Part shown: piece by piece, positions 54,081 to 64,000 of the stretch
Numbering within the stretch: position 1 is the stretch's first letter
Layout of the letters: the number at the start of each line of letters is the position of its first letter
Assembly (NCBI RefSeq): GCF_006345805.1
Contig: NC_043003.1
Span: forward strand, 1,798,001 to 1,862,000
Source of the DNA: Octopus sinensis
Lineage: Eukaryota
DNA length: 64,000 nucleotides
Reading direction: 5' to 3'
Translations under genes and position numbers: made by a program
The notes under the pieces: model-generated
What the model was told of the DNA's origin: nothing
What the model saw: only the letters and a program-made list of their open reading frames with translations
The model's database searches: none

Positions 54081-55260
54081 ACTGCAAACTTATTTCGGTT
54101 TCTGTCAAACAAATCCATTCACAAGGCTATGGTAGAAGGCACTTAACCAAGGTGGCTCACAGTGGGACTGAACCTGAGACCACATGGTTGGAATGCAAGG
54201 TCCTTAACCACACAACCAAGCCTGCATCTATAAGTCTTTAAAATGCTTATTCTTTTTGTTTTCCGAATTAAACTTAGCTTTGTGCTCCTTTATCCTTCTT
54301 TTAAGAAAACCATTACAGGGATAAGATTTTCCCTCTCTTTGCTTGAAGGAAGAACCACGAGAAGATGGCTGATCCTCACCCACAAGACCAAAGTACATTT
54401 TGAAAGATTAGTTTCTTAAATTTGTACATAAAATTGATCTTTCTGAAAAAGTTGGAAAACTCTCTTTAAACGAGTTCCTGTCTCCACTAACTTTTGAAGG
54501 TTTAACCGAAACTTTGTAACTCATGTTTGTTTTAACTTTTGAAAATGAAAAGAAAAATTTTAACAAAAACCAAAAAAAAAGAGAACTTGTAACTGTTCTC
54601 AAATGAATTATGTTATTTCATTTACATTGTAACAAACAATGAATAAATACTCGCAAAATGTTAGTTTTGCCTATTTATAGAATATGTTTGTCTTATTTAA
54701 CAAAACGTTAACAGCTGTTATTTACCAAGCAACCCCCTCCAAAAAAAACAGTCTTCACTGACGTGACATAATACTTAGACATTATTTTAGAAACCCCTTT
54801 ACATCTGCCTAAAACACTCCCCTTTTGTTTGCTTGAATCCCCCTTCCCTCAAAAAAATAAAAGGGTTTTCATTTCCATCTGCCTCTACCCCCGCCTCCCT
54901 TACTTGCTTAACCTCTCTCAGCCCTTGCACACTACATGGGGCGCCATTTCAGATAGTCAACAGATCTGATGCTATTGAATTCGACCATTCTCAAGGAGTT
55001 ACGTAAATGGAAACGTTGAACAACATTATCATTACTTGCGAATGGTTCATGAAAATATTGTAGGTTAGTTAGAGTATGGCAAGCTTTAGGGTTTTAAGGA
55101 TTATAAAAAGGTTATAAACAAGCACAGCCATGGCTGTGTGATTAACAAGATCACTTTGCAACCAAGAGGTTTCAGTCCCATACCTTGGATGTGAACTTGA
55201 AGGCCAGAAACTGTGTGGAAGCTTGTCATATATACATGTATATGCATATGTATATACATG

Positions 55261-55354
<94 letters not shown>

Positions 55355-58300
55355 CAGAGACAGAGAGAATCATTAATAAGGTAATAAGGGATTTCAATCT
55401 GGGCAAGATACTTCTTTCTTAATTTCTCTGCTAATACAAATGCACCCCATCTGATGAATATAGGGTAAGATTAGTAAGGTCCATAGAACAGACAGTAAAT
55501 ATGTATAATTTCTTAATTTAATTCAAAGAGTTCAAATCTTGCTACGGTCAACTTTACTTTTTGTCTTCTCAGGGGTCAATAAAATAAAATACCTGTCATA
55601 TACTGAGGTCGATGCAAAAAGTTTTGCAAAGTTGATGCATAAGAGACAGCGAGGCTAAATATGACAAGATGTTGCTTAGTCCCATCCATAAAACACACAG
55701 ACACACACACATATATGGAGGTACATGCATGGCCCGTGGAGTAAGAGGGTCACTGTGACGCTCCACTGTGCGACACCTTGTTCAAATGTCTTTTACTATA
55801 GCCTTGGGTCAACCAAAGCCATGTGAGTGGATCTGGTAGATGGAAACTAAAAGAAGCCCATCATATGCATGTCCCACCACTGCCTGACAAGTGGTGTTGG
55901 TGTGTTTATATACTCATAACTTAGTAGTTCGGCAAAAGAGACCAATACAATAAGAGCCAGGCATAAAAGGATAAAGAAATAATAAAGTACTGGAGTTGAT
56001 TTATCTGAATAAAATTCTTCTAGGCAGTGCTCCAGTATGGCTGCAGTCTACAAGTAAAAGACATAACAAAGATATCAAAAAGTTCCTGATTGAAGGAACG
56101 TGTGCGTGGGTCTATAAATACACACACATCTATTTATGTAAAGCGGCAATTATTAACCATAAATTAGAGTAATTATTTATCTTGGGTATATTTTTGTCCC
56201 ATAAATTTGTGATTGGTTCAAAACTATGAAGATTTTATTATGAATGGATTCACACAATTTCCTTGCACTTTATCTACAAAACCTATTGACACAGTCTTTG
56301 CCCAGAGTCTAATGTGGTAAATGAGATAAAAACTTTCACATTATGAAACAATACTATCAAGAACTAGAATTAAATAAACATATTGGACATACAAGTGCAT
56401 CTTCCCACACTCACGTTTTCTTTATTAGACCTGATGGCCAGTTGCACACTCTAAAAGAAAGGAGGCGTGAAAAACTGCGAAGACAGTTGAACATTTTTGG
56501 GGGAGAAAAAAAAATTATCATTTTCAGCTTCTGCAAGAAATTTTGTGTTTTAAATTATTAAAAAAATGGTTGATTTTTATTATCCCACCCATCTTTTGAG
56601 ACAGGTGGACTTACTGGAATAGCTAACATTACCTTATGGAAAAGGGCAAGCAATTGGGGGGGTGCTTTCCTTCTCTAAAATAATTTTTTGACCAAAATAT
56701 CCTATTTTTTTCCTTTTTGCTCTCTTTCCCCAATTTTTGCCCTTTTCCTGCAAATTTTCACTATTTCTGCTCATCTTGTTGCCCCACCAAATATTATTTT
56801 TCACATTTTTGCCCTCAATCCTAACCCGTCTCCTTTTTCATTAAACTTCTCAGGAAACAGCCAGAAGAAAAAAAAAAGAAACGGGAAAAAAAAAAGACTA
56901 GTGAAAAGGGCACCAAACCGTAATTATGCCTAAAATTTTTATTGCTGAAATCTTAAAGAAAAACTGAAGTTAGTTAAAGTGAAAACGATAAAATAGCCAC
57001 CAAGTTGTCACCAGATATACGAAGGAAGCTAGTAAAAACATGAAGAGATTAGAAATAGTTTTCAGCATTTGATAAACATTAAAACACGCCTCCCAAATTC
57101 AGCAGAGTACAATCAGGAAAACAGTTTTTCGTTCATTAAAGGAAAATTAGCTTACGGGAGGCCTTCCTCACTTTGCATATCGAACCCGTTATAATTTTTT
57201 TGAGCCATTTTTTTTTTTTCTATGTCCATTCCCTTTTGTTACCATATCGCTATGGAGATATACTGGCTTTATTTCAATTAATTTTGAAATAAAGTAGGAT
57301 TTAGTGAAATAACCGTCATTATCAAGCTGGAACATAAAGAGAAATTTTAGTGGAACCTTTAAAATCAGAACATTTTCAAAAAGAAGTTTGCATCATAGAA
57401 GCAGGAAAGGGTCTCTGGCGAGTTGGTCCTCGCCGACAACGTCCGCTAATGAAAAGAATTGACTTTGAATCTCTCGCTTCTTGTGGGTACTTTGAAAGAA
57501 AACTGAATGAAGAAGCTGCCAGAGAGATCTCTCAATGAGAACACAAAAGAATGGTTGTGCTCAGCTAAATGTCTTTTAATGCTGTTCTAGGAGTCGTCGT
57601 GCCAGAGAATGAAATGCCAGCACGTTAATGAACTGAAAGTTAAAAATAGGTTATTCTTCCAAAAGCAAAGCAAATTGCATTCTACGGCATTTACCATTTA
57701 AACAAGACACAAAACGAATTCGTATCATGTGCGAGGATAGAAGCGAAAACTAACAAAAGCACGAAGCTTTTGCAGCTGTTATTCTCTGCCAACAAAATGT
57801 TTTCACAGTTTTACAATCGTCGCATAAATGTTTATGTGGTTGTGATATTTTAGCCCTGAGTCAATCAGACTAGGTCAAATCAGGATCAACCAGTCTTTAT
57901 TTTCGATACATGTTCTACCGAACACTACATTAATATACACAAACACATTGGTTTTAAAGTCAGGAGGAGGAAGATGTGATTCGACAGAGATTTGATTGTT
58001 ATTTGAAGTGGCTCAAGCAGTCATCAATGCTGTTAATTACCAAGTAGGTGGAGTGTCCAAAAACAAACGATGTGGTCCGACTAAGCACACCATAGTATTT
58101 ACAATTATCTCTTCAGCTTCCTTGACTTTTAAATAAAAAGACTGCTGTGTGGCAGAATTAAAAAAGCATTAGATTAATATATGGTAGAGAGAGAAAACAA
58201 AATATGTATTGTCTTTTTGTCTCTCTTTGTTATAAGGTCACATTTTTCCCCACTAAATGTGAAGTAGCATTATCCATACAAACAAAAAACAACTTAGTAT

Positions 58301-59389
58301 ATGTGACATTAACTTTCAAATACTAGTGAAACAAGCGAAAAACTAGCGAAGTTTAAGATATTTAAAGTTAAGAAGAAGGAAGATGGTTATAGAAGAGGTG
58401 CAGGAAAAACCGGTGACTATGACGGTTGGTGTGCTAGAAATAGCAGTAAAAATCTTCAAATGACATGCAACCGATTTTAATAGATTAAACACATTTCATG
58501 TGGACCTGATAAAAAGAAACAAACGAGATGGTCACAGACAAAATACCTTCGATCATAAATCTGCTCAACCGTGGATAACATTGTCCCCTGAACAATGATA
58601 AAAGTGCAAGCATGTAACACTAATTGATGTTATTTCAATTATATTTCGTTAGTCTAAAATAAATTCTCACTTCCATTCGAACTCAAAACTACAGGACCCC
58701 CTCCCCAAAAAAAAAAAAAACATCGTGGTAATTATTTTTAGAAAGTTCGTAAATCGAATAGAAATAAACGAAATCAATAATCAATCGGAGTTACTGAATG
58801 ATTGATGAAAGTGAAAGCAGAACCATAAACAGAAGGGTGACGATAACTTTTGTTTAGAAAAGTCTTTAATTTGATGACTAACGTTGTAATAAAGAATATA
58901 ATTACTTCCTTGAAATAGAGAAGACTCTCAATGCGAAAGCAACGATGTCTCAGGCGGCTGCCTTCTCAACGACAACCATTTCGGTAATTCCAGGCACAGC
59001 CTCAATAAACCGGATCCTGCTTATCTTTCACCTGCGTCATTAAATTGCTATTAATTTTATCCTAATTAGAATTTCTCTTTGCATTAAATATGTCTCCACT
59101 TCAAAGTTAGAAGTGACTAGGAAGTAACGAAATGGAAATAGTCAGCCGAATACCATTCTAAATGCTAAATAAATTTTAAAGAATTTAAAAAGAATGAGGC
59201 GCCCATTTTGGGTTTAAGTAGATGAAGGAGCGATCATTCCGTGACCAGATTTACAAACTTTAGTTGGGAAATATCGGTAGTTGCGGCCGAAAGCGAAGGC
59301 TTTATAATAATACAGAACATAGGAAATAAGGGTTAAATAAAAGTCCGGAAAGGAGCAGAGACGTTTAGGAGTAACTTGTGAGAATGATT

Positions 59390-59471
59390 TGGACAGGTAA
59401 AAATTTAAGATATAAATGAGAATGGCAATGGACAGGTAAAGGTTTAAGATATAAATGAGAATGGCAATGGA
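59390..59471. repeat. 39 bp tandem duplication
   Basis: TGGACAGGTAAA(AA/GG)TTTAAGATATAAATGAGAATGGCAA twice. Confidence 0.85.
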
Positions 59472-61624
59472 GCAATGTTGCCGTGTAACATTACGATTTT
59501 CACTTAATCTGAAGACTTGCCATTATTATTAATTCTTACCGGTTACTTTTGGCGATTACTTATTCCGTTCTCAACTGAACCAATTTTTAACTTTCATTTC
59601 TTATTAAAAGACCTCTAGTTATCAATGTTGTGTTTGTTTACTTTCCACATTCCGACCTAAAATAGTGATTCGCCCTGAAAATTAACTCCTCTCCTAACAC
59701 AATCCTAAATAACAGTCTGTCAGTCTCTGAAGGTACTTTTGTTGCAAGAATGTCGTTTATTTACACAACGTACGACATATTGAAAGGTGAATCATCACAT
59801 CCGCCCAATTAGCATTCGTGAAGAAACCAGATATTTTGCTCAAATTGGTGTAAATTTGTCAGAATTGTGGCCATTAAAAATGAAAGTTGTTTCTCAGCTT
59901 TGTCAAACTAAAAGCAAGTTGACAAAAAACATTTAAAATCTGGGTGAATGTTGTTGGCAGTTGTCCATATCATAAAACGGTTTCATAAATAATTTTTTTC
60001 TTTTACTTAAAAGTCATTTATTAAAGCAGTTGTTTGATTGAGATAAACCTTTTTGAATGCTGACACGGATTCTGTGAGAAATATCAGAGAAAATGAAAAT
60101 TTAACAAAACCAGAACAGTTACAAATTGATATTCTTGAAGAATATGTTTGTCGTTGATTTCAGAGTGATCTGATAGTTATCAATGGAATCAATCCAGAGA
60201 GATATGAACATCTTCTGGTGGAATTAGACGAAACAAAAAATATTTCTATAGAAAATATAGAAGAGGCCGATGGAGAAAAGTCACTGAAGGTGTTTAGTTT
60301 GGAGGAAATGCAAAAAGAAAGAAAAAGTTTCCTCGAACAAGCATCGGATAAAATAGACATATTTTTAAGGAAATAAAATATATTCTTACATATGTTGTTC
60401 AATATGATGGATTAGAATCCTTATTTGACAACTATTATAGAGAACCAGAGTTAGGATTTGGCCAATCCTTCTAACTGCCAGACACAAGGTAGAGTCGTTT
60501 TGGTCTAATGCCAAGGAAAGATTGAAGTAGGTGAATGGTACAACTAAAGAACTTTTCAATAGTTATTCGAAAAAAAAAAAACACTGAGAGATGGTGAAAT
60601 GAGAAGAGAGGTGGTCGAGGGTTTCAACAAGGTTAGCCTTGCCATTTCTGTTATGTTCTACATATTTCATAGATTTATTACCACAAATGACAATTGCTGA
60701 AAATTTCCTTTAATTTGTTTGGCATTATTATTGTTATAACAATAGTCATATGACAACATTGTTTTGCTTAAAATAATTAAGGCTAGAACATTATTATTAT
60801 TAATTTGTGATGCAGAAAAACTCCACGATGAGGGTCCTTAATATAAAAGATAGAAATAAATTGCTTATTCTCGTATTTGAATCCATAAAAAATATTAACT
60901 GAATATTTTCTATTATTTTTACATCGCGATGAAGCTTCTTTGCTATCACTAGCTCCGCTAGAAATCGCTGTTAAACCTCTTCCTCAGATATCCATCTATT
61001 AAAATAGTGTGGATGTATAAAATACTGGAAAATGCCTGGATGTGAGAAAGAAAACTAGTAAACGGTACGTCCACCCCCAATACCCAGCTCATTAAATCTG
61101 TTATAAGCTTGTCGCTAATAATTAAGATTAATAATGTATAAATCACTCTCGCACTCAAATGGATATTTTCATTCGATGGTTAATTAATTTGTTCTAATCA
61201 AGATAGATTTCAGAGTCTCCTAAAACGACGGAAGGAGATGTTTTATGCCGTTCTTAGAAAAACATAGAATATAATCGCCAAAATTCGCTTCAATTAAGAA
61301 GCGAGGTGCGCGATGATACGGTTTCGAGGTAAAGGCATGAACATCACATCGTGTCATAAGGCAGGGTACAGAGTCGGGTGGAAAGAGGAGCACGGGGTGG
61401 TTATAGAGAACTAATTCTAATTACACGAGAGACAGAGAGAAAGACTAATGAATGTTGCGAAGAGATGTTAAGGGGTGGAATATTCTCGTGTAATGGTGCG
61501 AGTGATGTTGAGAGAAAGAGGAAAAAGCAATTGGCTGGGGTGAGACATAAGGGTGGATTGTTAGTCATCTCATAGCAAACCGGGTATTTTGAGTAAAATG
61601 TGCAGCTGAGCAGCAACAACAAAC

Positions 61625-61693
61625 CTGTTTTTCGAATATTTCTTGCACCACATTTAAATCTCCGTTTTTCACACCCCAAGCAAGATCGGTCAT
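61625..61693 (-). CDS. MTPN: Myotrophin (V-1) exon 1
   Basis: MTDLAWGVKNGDLNVVQEIFEKQ matches the myotrophin N-terminus (W-x-x-KNGDL). Phase-0 donor CAG|GTTTGT. Confidence 0.9.
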
Positions 61694-62201
61694 ATTTGAT
61701 ACCAGTAATGTTGTTGTTGTTGGTGTTGTTGTTCTTCGTCTCGACTTGTTGCCGTCGTGAGAGGGACAAACGGAAACGGTGACCACCGACACCGAACGCA
61801 CTTTTCTTAGCTTCCTTTTGATTCGTTCCTCTTTCAAAAATAAACCAATAGGAAAAGTTTTCTCATAACTTACATAATATTTTATACTTTATTGTGTTTT
61901 TGTATTAAAATTTTATTCGTTTCTACCTCAGATTATTCTGAATTTGTTAATTTTATATATTTTATTAATAAAACTAATTTTGATAGACAAATGTTATGTA
62001 AAATACTGAAAGTAGAAACACGAATGGAACTATAAAAGACGGGCTATTTTCTAAGTTGGACACCGTATAGCAATATAAAGAGTGGAATACTAAGGGAAGT
62101 AAGTCTCAGTCTTCGTCGTCGCACCTGACTTCATTCTTCTCCGTGAAATCGTCCCCGGTTTTCGTTAATTGACTCCTCTTCTGTGTTGTGAAGAAAGCAC
62201 C
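61694..62201. promoter_or_regulatory. Putative bidirectional promoter and 5' UTRs shared by MTPN (-) and GNPDA (+)
   Basis: Divergent ATGs 508 bp apart; CCAAT at 61845-61849; CpG-containing patches at both ends around an AT-rich core. TSSs not determinable. Confidence 0.55.
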
Positions 62202-63011
62202 ATGCGTCTCGTTATCTTGGATACAAGCAATGATGTCAGCGAATGGGCTGCAAAATATATCAGGAGGAAAATTCTGGAATTTAAGCCAAGTGCTGAGCGC
62301 TATTTCACTCTTGGCCTGCCGACTGGGAGCACACCCCTCGGAACTTACAGACGACTAATTGAATTCTACAAAGCTGGTTGCATTTCTTTCAAGTATGTGA
62401 AAACCTTTAATATGGACGAATATGTTAATCTTCCCCGCGACCATCCAGAGAGCTATCATTCGTTTATGTGGAACAATTTTTTTAAACATATCGATATAGA
62501 GCCGAGCAATGCTCACATACTGGATGGCAATGCTCCTGACTTGGACACAGAATGCCGCGAGTTCGAAAAGAAGATAGCAGAAGCTGGTGGCATTCAACTT
62601 TTCGTTGGTGGAATCGGTCCTGACGGCCACATAGCCTTCAATGAACCTGGTTCCAGTTTGGTTTCTCGCACAAGGGTGAAAACCCTCGCGCAGGAAACGA
62701 TATTAGCTAATGCTAGGTTCTTCGATGGAGATATCGAGAAAGTCCCAAACATGGCATTAACTGTTGGAGTCGGCACTGTAATGGACGCCAAGGATGTCCT
62801 GATATTGATTACAGGTGCACATAAAGCCCTCGCCCTGCACAAATCCGTAGAAGAAGGTATCAACCACATGTGGACCGTGTCTGCTTTCCAACAACATCCC
62901 AGCACGACTTTCGTTTGTGACGAAGACGCCACCTTGGAGCTGAAAGTGAAAACTGTCAAATATTTCAAAGGTCTCATGCAAATTCACAATAAATTAGTTG
63001 AAGATATCTAA
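62202..63011 (+). CDS. GNPDA: Glucosamine-6-phosphate deaminase/isomerase (oscillin), 269 aa, single coding exon
   Basis: Motifs [44 protein letters not shown]. Catalytic D72, D141, H143, E148 at canonical numbering. ATG in agcaccATG context. GNPDA1 vs GNPDA2 not assignable. Confidence 0.97.
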   Translation: MRLVILDTSNDVSEWAAKYIRRKILEFKPSAERYFTLGLPTGSTPLGTYRRLIEFYKAGCISFKYVKTFNMDEYVNLPRDHPESYHSFMWNNFFKHIDIEPSNAHILDGNAPDLDTECREFEKKIAEAGGIQLFVGGIGPDGHIAFNEPGSSLVSRTRVKTLAQETILANARFFDGDIEKVPNMALTVGVGTVMDAKDVLILITGAHKALALHKSVEEGINHMWTVSAFQQHPSTTFVCDEDATLELKVKTVKYFKGLMQIHNKLVEDI

Positions 63012-63530
63012 ACAATTCGGTTATCAAATGAGGCCACCTTCTTTAACAAGTCACAGGTTATCTTCCAATAATTCGACTGAGTCCGGACAATACTGCAAGT
63101 GGTTTATTTTCCTTGTTTTGCCTGAATTATGAAACTTGAAAATTTATCTTTACAATTTTATTTTCTAAACATTTTGTTTTCAAAGGAAAAAAAATTATTT
63201 TTCTATCGTATTACTCTGAAAATGTATATTACAGACCAATTTAAAAAAAATTAAAATGCTGTTACTTAGAAAATGTTTTAATTGCCTTTTATTAGGGACT
63301 TTGAACCCTTTTTGTTGTTGGGTTTCGGTTTTCTGAATTGTGTGCCTATGTATGTTGATATTTTTGTTTGCTTGCATTTTTTTGTATTTGTTTTACGTAA
63401 ACAGATACAAAGAAACGTTGGTGTTTAGTTTTATTTCGTACTAAAATGCAGGATATTTTCCCACCCATCTCGCTCACCACATACATGCGTGAGCTTTTAG
63501 CGAAATAAATATCGATGTTAGGTTGCAATT

Positions 63531-63594
63531 TATTTACATTTGACGGATATTTGTCAAAATGTAAATAATTCCTCATCTCTTAAATATAGAACTG
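63531..63594. mobile_element. Family E micro-insertion: two inverted tail fragments
   Basis: Antisense tail then sense tail, flanked by the 12 bp direct repeat TAGGTTGCAATT (63519-63530, 63595-63606). Confidence 0.7.
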
Positions 63595-64000
63595 TAGGTT
63601 GCAATTGTTCTGAACACCAGTTCAACTCTAATCGAACGCCTTTCGGATAAAAAGTAGGCAATCTTTCGTTCGCGAGTTCTATCGAAGGATTGCCAAAAGG
63701 TATTCCAGTCATCACTCCCCTCTCAGATAACCAAGACGATCCAATTTCATTTTTTTAAAAGCCTTACAATAAGACCGCTTTCTTACTGAGTTCCACTTGA
63801 ACGTAATATTGTAGGCTTCCCTTCAGTTTCATTCCATTTTAAAAATGCCCATTATGTATATATTGACTTGCAAATACTTTCGAATAGTTTGCATGGAGGG
63901 GAAATTTTGTATGTTTAAACACATTATACAAAAGCATTGTCATTTTATAAGATTTTGCTGGCAAATTTTAAATCGACAAACATTTGCATGAAAGAAAATA

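Noticed and set aside
61565-61624. Read-through of MTPN exon 1 into a CCCC-containing peptide
   Set aside because: Arises from a (TGT/TGC) microsatellite after the donor; no evidence of intron retention.
62355-62987. Antisense ORFs over GNPDA
   Set aside because: Shadow frames of a real CDS with no recognisable protein features.
62202-63011. Bacterial nagB by horizontal transfer or contamination
   Set aside because: Diagnostic segments ([27 protein letters not shown]) follow the animal GNPDA type as I recall it, and the flanks are eukaryotic. A phylogeny would settle it.
63610-63860. Possible decayed RT on the minus strand (GVMTGIPFGNP)
   Set aside because: A single vague motif with multiple stops; needs BLASTx.

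Overview
Repeat-dense eukaryotic (metazoan) genomic DNA. The SINE families and huge (AT)/(AC) microsatellites suggest a coleoid cephalopod such as Octopus (inference, not checked). Three protein-coding genes are supported. (1) TTC17: first coding exon only (minus strand, 4589-4702); the gene runs off the left edge. (2) Myotrophin (MTPN): complete four-exon gene on the minus strand (61693 to 21270, 116 aa, introns of about 25.4, 11.3 and 3.3 kb). (3) Glucosamine-6-phosphate deaminase (GNPDA): intact ORF with no coding introns (plus strand, 62202-63011), head-to-head with MTPN across about 0.5 kb. The rest is mostly SINEs (at least 5 families), RTE-type LINE remnants, hAT/piggyBac/mariner MITEs, Helitrons and microsatellites; nearly all long ORFs in the supplied track are microsatellite or repeat artefacts. 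The most striking observation is a tRNA-headed SINE carrying a minimal type-I hammerhead ribozyme motif. Three separate insertions of it have an inverted-tail architecture inside 11-12 bp target-site duplications, suggesting a retrozyme-like element mobilised by Penelope-like machinery. Repeat boundaries were read by eye and are approximate unless TIRs or TSDs are quoted.
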